A stretch of 64,000 bases of DNA from assembly GCA_937625935.1 (NCBI GenBank), contig OW569354.1, positions 1 to 64,000 on the forward strand. Direction: 5' to 3'. The notes beneath the pieces are model-generated. The model ran no database searches, was not told where the DNA came from, and saw only the letters and a list, made by a program, of their open reading frames with translations. Below, piece by piece: positions 54,920 to 64,000 of this stretch (the first letter of the stretch is position 1; the number at the start of each line of letters is the position of its first letter). Source of the stretch: Tetramitus jugosus (lineage: Eukaryota > Protista > Heterolobosea). A program made the translations under genes and the position numbers.

Positions 54920-56506
54920 ATGGGCAACTTTTGGTCATCCACTGCACAGCAAAATGATGACGAGCACATTCGTTTTCCAACTCCAAAATCAACAAGTGAC
55001 ACTCACATTCCTCTCTTTGATCAACTTCGTCATCAGGCTCCATGTTTCCCCGTCAAAGCTCAAAATTTACAATTTATCGAAACTCCGGTCGATTTCTACA
55101 ATCAACTGTTGCACGGGATCCAAAACGCCAAGAATCGCATCCTTTTGTGCAGTCTCTACCTCGGTGTCGGTCAACAAGAACAACAATTGGTCAAAGCTCT
55201 TCATGATGCACTGTCGAACAATGGTCAACTCAAATTGACAATCATGTTGGACTATTTGAGAGGAACAAGAGGCACGAAACGACTCTCAAACAAGGATAAA
55301 GCAACAAGTAGTGAAGAAAATGAATCGTCATTGATTTTGGACCCTAGTAGCAGTAGTATTGGCATCTTGTTGCCATTGTTGCAACAGTTTGGAAGTGATC
55401 GCGTACAAATTTACTTGTATCATACGCCTTCGATTGGACCATACTTGAGAAAGGTGATACCTGAACGTGTAGATGAAATTATTGGTGTTCAACACATGAA
55501 GTGTTACATGTTTGATGAGAGTATGATATTGTCTGGTGCGAATTTGTCCGATTGGTATTTTGTGGATAGGCAGGACAGATATGTGTCGATTCAGAATCAG
55601 AGCAATGTTTGTTCCTTTTTCTATCGATTGATTGCAGAAACTGTGAGCTGTTTTTCCTATCGATTGACGAGTCGAGGTGATTTGGTGTATCCAGAGGAGA
55701 GCAGTGATCCGATGCATCACTCGAAACAGTTTGTTATGAACGCTCAAAAGACGGTCAGAGAGTTTATGCATCGAGAATATGAGCAATTGATGAATACGAT
55801 GAATGAGAATCATAGCAAGGACAATAGTAGTAATATGGAACAAACGAGTCAGGCGCCGACGGATGCAAACGATACGTGGATATTCCCAGTGATACAAATG
55901 GGTCAATTGAAGATACGACATGATGAGAATGTGACTCGATCGGTGATTGAGCACACGAGCGTCAATGGAAGGTTGTCAGTCGGTTCGGCCTACTTTAATC
56001 TAACGTCCAAGTACATGAGATCCGTGCTGAACTCGCCATGTCAGAATATTCGCATCATCACAGCAGCACCAATCTCCAATGGATTCTATACCGCAAAGGG
56101 CATGTCCGGCTACATACCAAAGGCCTATGACTGCATGGAACAACACTTTTTCAATCGCGTACAAAAGTATGGAAGACAGAACGAAATCAAGATACATGAG
56201 TATTTGAGAGATGGATGGACATTCCATGCCAAGGGTCTGTGGTTATTCGCACCCAACGATCAAAAACCATGCTTGACCATTATTGGTAGTTCGAACTTTG
56301 GTCAAAGATCAACAGAAAGAGACGTCGAAGCACAGATTATAGTATTGACGGAAAACGAGCAACTGAAATCAGATATGCAACAAGAGCACGATAGATTGTT
56401 CAAGCATACACAAGTTGTCACACGGGAACTGTTCCAGAAACCGGAGAGGCGGATAGGATTTTTCATGAGAATTGTGACAAAATTCTTCTTCCAAAAGTTC
56501 CTGTAA
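54920..56506 (+). CDS. PGS1: Phosphatidylglycerophosphate synthase (PLD superfamily)
   Basis: SLYLG, LDYLRGTRG, GVQHMKCYMFD, SGANLSDWYFVDRQDRY, WTFHAKGLW, IGSSNFGQRS. Confidence 0.93.
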   Translation: MGNFWSSTAQQNDDEHIRFPTPKSTSDTHIPLFDQLRHQAPCFPVKAQNLQFIETPVDFYNQLLHGIQNAKNRILLCSLYLGVGQQEQQLVKALHDALSNNGQLKLTIMLDYLRGTRGTKRLSNKDKATSSEENESSLILDPSSSSIGILLPLLQQFGSDRVQIYLYHTPSIGPYLRKVIPERVDEIIGVQHMKCYMFDESMILSGANLSDWYFVDRQDRYVSIQNQSNVCSFFYRLIAETVSCFSYRLTSRGDLVYPEESSDPMHHSKQFVMNAQKTVREFMHREYEQLMNTMNENHSKDNSSNMEQTSQAPTDANDTWIFPVIQMGQLKIRHDENVTRSVIEHTSVNGRLSVGSAYFNLTSKYMRSVLNSPCQNIRIITAAPISNGFYTAKGMSGYIPKAYDCMEQHFFNRVQKYGRQNEIKIHEYLRDGWTFHAKGLWLFAPNDQKPCLTIIGSSNFGQRSTERDVEAQIIVLTENEQLKSDMQQEHDRLFKHTQVVTRELFQKPERRIGFFMRIVTKFFFQKFL

Positions 56507-56577
56507 ATATGTTGTTGCAGTGACCGGTCAAAAGTTCGTGTCTATCCATTCAGATTGATTTATTACTTTGTCCATAT

Positions 56578-57714
56578 TTATTCGTTCTTTTCTTCTTCTT
56601 CGGATGATGATTCCTCTGCAACAGCTTCTTCTGTTGTTGATGTTTCATCAGCAACAGGTTGTGCTGATAGTTCGGCAGCCAATGATGAGCTCTTTCCAAA
56701 ATTTGCTAATAGTTGAGCCATGGTGGTCTTGTCCATTATATCATAGAATCTTTGTTTGTCTGCGGCATCGCGGCGATAGCTTCCCTCTCCATGCTTTTCA
56801 TCGTATTCTCGTTCCGCCCGCTCCATGTCCTTCACAAGAAGGCTGTCATAAGGCAAAGGTGGCAACATATAGCTCAATGCGTGTTCAACTTGCAGACTAC
56901 CCTGTTTCAACAATGATTGAGCATCTCCAACAGTAAAATCTTCCTTGAGTGTTTGTTGTTGACTAGTGAGAGCAAACTGTGCTTCTTCTTCGTCTTCGTC
57001 CAACCATCTGCGTCTAGCGGCCTTCAAGTGCTCATGCTCCTTCATGTTCAACTCGTCCAATTGCTTCAACACCTTCTCAACAACAGGTGTATCACTCAAA
57101 TTCGATGGCAAGAGTGCCTTGAAAGCAAAATCATTGTATTCCTTCTCCATTGGATCGTCCTTGAGCAATCGAGAGATGGTTGGATGTTGTGCCTGCTGTT
57201 CTGCACCCATCTCCTTTATCCATTGATCCTTCTTGTACACGAATAACTTTCTCTGAGCGGATTCAAAGGCATCTACAATCTGTTGTCCCAATTGTTGTGC
57301 GAGATTTGTTCGATATTCTTCATTGTCCTTGTTCTGTTCCAACTGCGAGTCATCCAACTCGATTCTGACAGAGTGAACCGTGGAGAAGGAGTCTGTTGTG
57401 ATTTGAACTTGACTCGTTGGCACAACTTTTTGTTCATTTTTAATGTTAAGCTCGTTGATTCGTGCATGCAGATCAGCCATGTCGATTGGGTTGTGGAGAA
57501 TGTTTAGCTTTTGTTGTTGAGTGAATAATTGATGTTTCTTGGTGGAGCGACCATATTGTTGAACGAGACCCACTCTCTTCAAATAGTCAATCTTGGCAAT
57601 TGCGTTTGCTGGTGACTGTGCAGCAAAGTCTCTGCCAAATAGGATTTGATCCAGTGCACTCAATTGATTTTTTGTGGCGGTTGTTGGTTTCAATGTTTTG
57701 GTGATGGAAGACAT
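56578..57714 (-). CDS. Hypothetical helical protein, possibly mitochondrial
   Basis: First ATG 57714 after an A-rich leader; 378 aa; basic/hydroxylated N-terminus, acidic C-terminus. Confidence 0.75.
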   Translation of the reverse strand: MSSITKTLKPTTATKNQLSALDQILFGRDFAAQSPANAIAKIDYLKRVGLVQQYGRSTKKHQLFTQQQKLNILHNPIDMADLHARINELNIKNEQKVVPTSQVQITTDSFSTVHSVRIELDDSQLEQNKDNEEYRTNLAQQLGQQIVDAFESAQRKLFVYKKDQWIKEMGAEQQAQHPTISRLLKDDPMEKEYNDFAFKALLPSNLSDTPVVEKVLKQLDELNMKEHEHLKAARRRWLDEDEEEAQFALTSQQQTLKEDFTVGDAQSLLKQGSLQVEHALSYMLPPLPYDSLLVKDMERAEREYDEKHGEGSYRRDAADKQRFYDIMDKTTMAQLLANFGKSSSLAAELSAQPVADETSTTEEAVAEESSSEEEEKNE

Positions 57715-58021
57715 TTTTTTTTGTTGTTGTTTTTGCGTGTGTGATTTTGTGAAAGATGGAAGGACACCCAAAGACGAAAGCTTTTTCCCTTGTGTTGTTT
57801 GCCGCTGCGTGTGAAGAAAAATGCTGGTGTTTGATACTCTGAGTAGGACAATTTGTGATGTTTCTGCGACAGCGGTTGACAAATTTTGCTCTTACAACGA
57901 CTTGATTGAACTATCACCACGGAAAAACTTGTGAAGACTATTAAAAGATCGATAGTTTGATTCAATCAACAAAAACAACGTCACTGACAACTACGACACC
58001 ACAGGATATACATTCAAGAAA

Positions 58022-59281
58022 ATGCATAGGTCTACCGCTAAGCTTTTACGTCATTCCAACATCAACAGATCATTCCAACCACTTTCTTCATTCTCTCATC
58101 CATCTGCTCTTATTTCTCCTCCTTGTGGCGCCAATCATCCACTACGATTTTTTAGCGCAAACGCTCAAAAGTTTTCCCAACAGCAGCAACAGCAGCAGCA
58201 GCAACAACAACAAGAGCAAAAAGCCAAAGACAGAAAGAAAAAATCAAGGAATGCAAAGCTAGCAGGTGCTGGTTTAGGTTTCTTAATCACAGCTTACATT
58301 GTTAAAGACATTTATGATCAACATCAGCAAAGTATGTCTTTTCTCAATCTCTTTATCTCTATTGCATTCATCTCATGATCTGTTTTTGTTCTCACACACA
58401 ATTCAATTACAGATCCATATCGTTCCATGGTGGACCAAATGATTAGAAAAGTCAAGGGTTCTCCATACAGAGACTACATTGACATTCATCCAACAAGTGA
58501 ACTCAAAGAGGGACCAACCTATGTCCATGATGACCCTGAAATTTACTTTTCATTTTCCATTCCAAACAAGTTTATTAGACCTGGTGTCGTTGTGAGAGAT
58601 CAGATTGATATGAGAGGTGTGGGAGGAATGATGGAGTCGTTTGATGAATTTGGAAATTATGTGAGTTGTGATTGGGTAAAGTTGCCAGAGTTTGAGCGAC
58701 ACAAGGCTGAAGATGGAAGGGGTGATGTCTTGAGAGATCAAGTTGCCAAAATGAATTCTAATGAAGAAAAGGCAGGGTACAGAGTGTTGGATCAGAGAAG
58801 AATCAAGAGTCCTAACAAGGGTATTCCAGATTTGTTTTATGTCATGATGGAGAATGAAAACTCGTATCACAATAGCGAAGATCAATTCAAGAAGCAGTTG
58901 CCAACGACGCAGTTGAAACCATTGAATTCTGATATACTGGGAAGAGTGGTATTCTTGCATCCAAACAAGAAGCATGTGTTTGTTGTCACAACCCGATATC
59001 CAAACAATATGCTCAATTATGATATTTTGAGGAGTGAGATGTTGCGAGCAGGTATGAGCGCAGAAGAAGTTGAAAAGAAGTTGTCCTCGCAACCAGAATC
59101 ATCAGAAAACGCAATCGAAGATGATAATACTAGATTGTTCAAGGACATGTGCTTGCATGCATCATCAGATCGCAAAAAGATTGGTGATATGCTAGCGAAT
59201 GAACTTTTGTCCATTTACTTGACCAGTTTTGCTCAAAAGCCGACAGAAACACAACAATCAGTAAATACAACAACAAATTAA
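58022..59281 (+). CDS. Hypothetical single-pass protein with mitochondrial-type presequence
   Basis: Exons 58022-58331 and 58413-59281; intron GTATGT...CTCAC...CAG; presequence MHRSTAKLLR...LRFFS; TM LAGAGLGFLITAYIV. Confidence 0.8.
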
Positions 59282-59315
59282 TTGTCAAGGACATATATTT
59301 TTATATTATTAGTCT

Positions 59316-59546
59316 CTACTCTTGAATGTCGACGTCATGCAAGTTAATGTCTTCGTCTTCCAGGCCAATCTCAACATCTTCCTCATTCTTTTCACTGGTC
59401 AGGTCGGTTCGGTTGCTGCCTCCACCCATTCCACCTTCTAGTTGAGTGGTTTCATTTCCCATACCACTCAAATCCGAGGGTAGATCGGTGTACATTTTGC
59501 CCACTTCCTTCTTTGAGGGTGCTTCCAACATGCTCTTACGTTCCAT
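59316..59546 (-). CDS. Small acidic disordered protein (76 aa)
   Basis: ATG after AAACAACAGA leader; coding-like composition; fills the gap between genes. Confidence 0.55.
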   Translation of the reverse strand: MERKSMLEAPSKKEVGKMYTDLPSDLSGMGNETTQLEGGMGGGSNRTDLTSEKNEEDVEIGLEDEDINLHDVDIQE

Positions 59547-59703
59547 TCTGTTGTTTGTATAGTTTTTGTTCAGTTGATTTCAAGTTGTTTCGCTTGTATT
59601 TCCTAAAAACTAAAACTAGATCATTAGATCAACGAGATCATATTTAGCTAAAATTTTTGTTGGTCGGCCCTTTTGGATCCTTATCCTGTCCATGTCCAGT
59701 TAT

Positions 59704-62319
59704 CTACAGAGTGGATGCATAGGAAATATATTTGCATGGTGTTTGTTGTACAAGCGTGGCCATTAAAGAATCGCTCTGGATTTGCTTGTTGATCAACTTG
59801 GACTCCATGTCTGTACTATCTCTGTCATTATTTTGTGACAAATGTTCCTTCAGTTCCTTTGCAGTGCGAATTTCTTCCAACAATCCTCTGACTACATCAG
59901 AGAACATGTTCAGGTGGGTGTTCATCGGTAGGACATGGATTGACTTTGGCAATTGATCCATGAGAAGTTGTAGCATGACTAATAAATATTGTTCATCTGT
60001 AGAGTTCTGTATCGTACATTGGACAAAGTTTTGAGTATGGAATATGCTAATTGTGATTCGATGGGTGCCGTTATTTGGAAACTGGAATGTTGATTGATGT
60101 TCGTTCGATTGCTTAGCAATCTGTTCCATTTGTAGCTGATTTCTGATTGCTCTGTGTAGCAGCTGCCAGACTGTGGATGAACTCTCTTCACTGTCCAACG
60201 TTGCTATGTTTGGCTTGTAGAATAGTATTTGGAACTCAGCAATGCTAGCTGTGTTATTGTCATCAAAAGTGAGGTTTGATTTCTGGAGAGACAAGAGCTT
60301 TTGAGTGCTGGTCGGCCGTATAGTGCCTAGCCATCCATACGAGAAGTCATGTAAGTTTCCTATGCAACGTGCCGCCAATAGAATATTTAGATGTGTGTTG
60401 GAGCTCGCTAGGTTGGCAGGAGTTTTTGTCACAATTGCTATTGAATATGTGCTCTGATCAACGAGTCTTATCATAACGTTGGAGTGAGCGTAGCAGTTGG
60501 TCGCAAAAGCAACACATTGAATTGAAGATTCTTCAATGGAAGATGTGATTCTAACAGCTAATTCTATGCGCCATTCATCAACATTGAGATGTTGATGTGC
60601 TGTCAATACGGTCATGTTCAGCGCAACGCTTGTATTTGAGTCTTCAATGCGATCAAATGGTTCGACAGAGTCTATTCGACCATGACGTCTATTATTTTCA
60701 GTAATTTCACCACTTTTAGATGTTGTTGCACCAAACGGAATGTAGATTCCAAGTTGATTCTTCTTACTCATATCTTCCTGTTTCACTGCTTGGGCTTGTC
60801 GTCGTTGTTGTTTAGAAGGATTTGTGATTTGTTGCAGTACGGTCCCTTGGTGCTGTACAAGCCTTTTCTTTTCACATGCCTCCTCCATCATAGAATTATG
60901 TTGATTCATTGCCTCTTCATATCGTGTATGAAGTGCACGCAAGACAGAATAGAGATGGTTTGACTTTGGGCTGGTTTCCCTTTCTTTTCTTATTGAGTAG
61001 AATTCCTCGTTAATGCTCGCGAAAAGTAAGCAGTCTCTCAATTCGCATTTCTGATTGGAAGAGTAAATGACTAATAGTTGATCACGACATCTGTCCAGAA
61101 AGTCATTGACAACAAATTGTTTCACGTCATACAGTGTCTTAATCAAGTTAAAGTCTAATAAATCATAGAGTTTAAGCTGTTCATTCTTCAAGTGAACAAT
61201 GAGCACCTTTGCTGCACAATACATTGAATCTGTACCAAAATCAACAAAGTCCATTCTCAATGGAATGTCATCCAAGGCAATCACATGAAGAACATGCCCA
61301 TCTCTCGAAACAACAATTTGCTTTTCAAGTGTTCCAATAATGAGCAACTTTTCATATTGCTTCTGGATTGATTCATGGATCACACTACGTTCAACCAGTG
61401 TCAAGCATTGTGTTACACTGTAGTATACTGGCGATGGAAACACGATTGGGCGTTGCTTAAAGTCTGTAACATCACTCACAACAGGCACTCCATTAACCAA
61501 TGTCAGGACATGGACAGAGAACGACGAATGAGAGTTTGGGAGCTCTTCTTTCCCTTCACTATACAGCAAAAATAGCATGCAATCACTATTGTCATCGCAC
61601 AATTGATCCCTGTTTCCATTAAATAATGGTCCATGATACAGTATTTTCATCATTTGTTTCAATTCTTTGTGCGCAGTGTTACGTATTCCAAGCACACATT
61701 CAGTTTGCTTAAACTTTTCTTCCCATTCGCTATAGTAGATTACAACCATATTGGCACCATTTCCACAATAATTATCCGAGAACAAAACAATTGCCAATGG
61801 ATCCAATAGAATACACTGTAATCCACCACCATTCGTATCCTTTGCATTTACATTCAATTTTCTAACCAATGACGATGCATCAAACGAGCAAAAGAGTGAC
61901 CATTCACCCTTGTGTTCATGATTATCATCATCACCATCATGATCCAACAAAACAAACACTTGCAATTCACATGTCTGCACATTGAAAACTACAGTATGAA
62001 GCAGCGAACGACATTGTACTGGATTCATCACTGATCTGACATTCAACATCAACATCCCAGGATCCAATTTTGCAGTCGGCATAAAGTGAGAGCAATCAAT
62101 GGTTTCCGAGCTCACATGAACGCACTCTTGAGAATCCTCCTTACACGTGTAACCTTGTTTTTTCTTTTGGTTATTTTCAAGAGAGCTCTTGACTTCCTTC
62201 AGTGAGAATCTGTGCATCGCATGGTGCCATGGTGAAGTTTCATTGGTGGTGGACGAGGAGAGACTATGGAGAGTGGATCGATGGGTGGGGTAATAGATTG
62301 TCTCGTCATTTGATTTCAT
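59704..62319 (-). CDS. Fanconi anemia group B protein-like
   Basis: First ATG 62319. Propeller-like region with LIIGTLEKQIVVSRDG and VKQFVVNDFLDRCRDQLLVI (compare FANCB DDFIGSGTEQVLLL), then coiled coil and beta-sandwich-like region. Confidence 0.65.
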   Translation of the reverse strand: MKSNDETIYYPTHRSTLHSLSSSTTNETSPWHHAMHRFSLKEVKSSLENNQKKKQGYTCKEDSQECVHVSSETIDCSHFMPTAKLDPGMLMLNVRSVMNPVQCRSLLHTVVFNVQTCELQVFVLLDHDGDDDNHEHKGEWSLFCSFDASSLVRKLNVNAKDTNGGGLQCILLDPLAIVLFSDNYCGNGANMVVIYYSEWEEKFKQTECVLGIRNTAHKELKQMMKILYHGPLFNGNRDQLCDDNSDCMLFLLYSEGKEELPNSHSSFSVHVLTLVNGVPVVSDVTDFKQRPIVFPSPVYYSVTQCLTLVERSVIHESIQKQYEKLLIIGTLEKQIVVSRDGHVLHVIALDDIPLRMDFVDFGTDSMYCAAKVLIVHLKNEQLKLYDLLDFNLIKTLYDVKQFVVNDFLDRCRDQLLVIYSSNQKCELRDCLLFASINEEFYSIRKERETSPKSNHLYSVLRALHTRYEEAMNQHNSMMEEACEKKRLVQHQGTVLQQITNPSKQQRRQAQAVKQEDMSKKNQLGIYIPFGATTSKSGEITENNRRHGRIDSVEPFDRIEDSNTSVALNMTVLTAHQHLNVDEWRIELAVRITSSIEESSIQCVAFATNCYAHSNVMIRLVDQSTYSIAIVTKTPANLASSNTHLNILLAARCIGNLHDFSYGWLGTIRPTSTQKLLSLQKSNLTFDDNNTASIAEFQILFYKPNIATLDSEESSSTVWQLLHRAIRNQLQMEQIAKQSNEHQSTFQFPNNGTHRITISIFHTQNFVQCTIQNSTDEQYLLVMLQLLMDQLPKSIHVLPMNTHLNMFSDVVRGLLEEIRTAKELKEHLSQNNDRDSTDMESKLINKQIQSDSLMATLVQQTPCKYISYASTL

Positions 62320-62373
62320 TTGTTCAAGTGTTTGCTGGATCAAAAACAGGGAAAGATTTGAACGCAAAAGGAG

Positions 62374-62446
62374 TGGTCGTTGCAGGGATCGAACCTGCGA
62401 CCAATGGCTTATTAGACCAACGCTCTACCGACTGAGCTAAACGACC
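62374..62446 (-). tRNA. tRNA-Ile (AAU)
   Basis: Reverse complement GGTCGTTTAGCTCAGTCGGTAGAGCG-TTGGT-CTAATAA-GCCAT-TGGTC-GCAGGTTCGATCCCTGC-AACGACCA; TTTT terminator. Confidence 0.96.
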
Positions 62447-63162
62447 TCAGATATTGATATTTCTCTCGATATAAATTTATTTCTAAAAATAGAAATCAAA
62501 AGCCGTGGCAAACGGGACACCCACGAATGGTGCTAGCCTCAATGGGACAACCAACGAAAGAAACAAAAAGAGCAACTGCAATGGTATTAAATGGCCGACG
62601 AAACCAACAGAAAGTGAGCAACCGAAATGGTTGTACAATACTAATAAAACAGAACAATCTCGAGGAAGTGAGTGCAACTGGTCTTTCCTAAGATGGGATT
62701 CAAAGCGCCTTCGAGAAGGTCTTAAGACAGAATGGGATGAAGAAAGTGGTGGCAGAGAAGAAAGAACAACTTATAAAAACGTCCAAAACAAAAACCCTTA
62801 AAATGAAGAGCAAGTAAGTGTCTTGATGACTGCACTAAACCATCCTAACTTTTTCCCTTATTATGTGCGAGGAACCATTGTATTCCCAGAACGTCCTTCA
62901 CGGGACGAATCCTTTTCTTGGATCGATTATTCCGCCAAAAAAACAAATCAAAAATCGGAAGGAAAGAGAGAACACCAGAGCACAGAGACAAAAGAAATAT
63001 TTCGTCCCAAACAACAACAAACAACAGCACAACAGCACAACACTATTTATTTCAAAGGGACAACCACAACAACAACAACAACAACCGTTCTCCCTTTCCC
63101 ATCACCACCATTATATATCATCAATCAAACCGACACAACAACAGCTATTTTCTATTTAATTG

Positions 63163-64000
63163 ATGAGTGTTCTGAAGAAATTAAACAAAAAAGAGGCTGT
63201 CAAGTACCAGTTCACTCTCACGATTGAGTCACTCGATCATTTTTATCCACATGGCACTCAAGAATCCTCAGAGGAATCCGAAAGCAAAGACGGCGGCGAA
63301 AAACGAAAGTCCGCCAATCGGAAATCAATTGTCGGAAAATTAAGCTTTGGCATGGCAAAAAACGCGGGACCTTTGGCGGTAGAATGTAGCTACAGTATTT
63401 TTTGGAAACGTGGGTCGAAACGGAATGGAAGAACAGGTTTCGTAGCATACAAAAACCTCAGCAAGAGCAAGGTAGCCAAGTCTAGCAGTAGTAGGAGGGC
63501 CAACCGCTCTGGAAGCAATAGCTCCAGTAGCTCTGATGCCGATGCAGGTGGTCGCCTTCGCATCAATGATGTCTTCAACTTTAATGGAACCATGTTTCCC
63601 GCGGGAAAAAACGGTAAATTTGTAAAAAAGAAGCTAAAGTTTGATTTGCATGAACGTTTGTTGACGGATGATGCCACGAGCAGCACAGGTGACAAGATTG
63701 CGACATGTGAGTTGAATCTTGCTGATTTTATCGAATCGGACCATGAAGGTGAAGTCACTAGGACGACTCAACTGGAGCTTGACTATGGAAAGGGCAAGGG
63801 TGTTGGTTCTCTCATCTTGACCATTGTTACCTCGTTGAGTGATGACCCAATCACGACTGCTACGAGCACAATGTCTGAAATGGGCTCTGATGACGATGCC
63901 ACGGACACTGATATGAACAGCAGTACGGACAGAAATGGTCGAGGAGGCCCTACGAGAGCAAAATCTGCTGCTGTGTCGGTTCTAGAGACTGAAAATGCGG
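63163..64000 (+). CDS. N-terminal C2 (NT-C2, EEIG1/EHBP1-type) domain protein, runs off the window
   Basis: ATG 63163 MSVLKKLNKKEAVKYQFTLTIE..IFWKRGSK..GRT..KKLKF..IATCELNLADF; open to the window end, so absent from the ORF track. Confidence 0.82.
   Translation, partial: MSVLKKLNKKEAVKYQFTLTIESLDHFYPHGTQESSEESESKDGGEKRKSANRKSIVGKLSFGMAKNAGPLAVECSYSIFWKRGSKRNGRTGFVAYKNLSKSKVAKSSSSRRANRSGSNSSSSSDADAGGRLRINDVFNFNGTMFPAGKNGKFVKKKLKFDLHERLLTDDATSSTGDKIATCELNLADFIESDHEGEVTRTTQLELDYGKGKGVGSLILTIVTSLSDDPITTATSTMSEMGSDDDATDTDMNSSTDRNGRGGPTRAKSAAVSVLETENA

Noticed and set aside
14570-63090. AAC/CAA/AAT microsatellite tracts as a special repeat system
   Set aside because: They are poly-N/Q/T coding tracts and A/C-rich leaders spread across the window, a compositional trait.
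14915-63758. Many short or antisense ORFs in the track (e.g. 23084-23713, 27695-28102, 55328-55954, 58550-59092, 63390-63758)
   Set aside because: Shadows of real genes or translations of AAC/GTT microsatellites.

Overview
Left end of a linear eukaryotic chromosome (standard genetic code, short GT-AG introns, very gene-dense, many AAC/CAA microsatellites encoding poly-N/Q). The gene repertoire, especially an EGF/NHL/REJ/GPS-7TM-RGS receptor, suggests a heterolobosean (Discoba) protist; this is inference only. Layout: (CCCAAA)n telomere at 1-753; a ~6 kb subtelomere with a palindrome/inverted-repeat cluster, an interstitial telomeric tract and a decayed PIF/Harbinger-type transposon (DDE transposase plus Myb-like gene) interrupted by a 1.5 kb RRM/coiled-coil ORF1-like cassette; then about 27 protein-coding genes, tRNA-His(GUG), tRNA-Ile(AAU), a pseudogene patch at 29-31.5 kb and two unusually long intergenic gaps that look like structured non-coding RNAs. 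Best leads: a densely structured, unassigned RNA-like element at ~51.1-51.5 kb; an apparent HAD / Pol-beta nucleotidyltransferase / degenerate RNA-ligase fusion protein (38.0-40.2 kb); a TALE homeoprotein joining a PBX-type PBC domain to a BELL-type homeodomain; and the RT-less tail-to-head ORF1-like cassette near the telomere. All domain calls and RNA folds were made by eye against remembered motifs; no searches were run.
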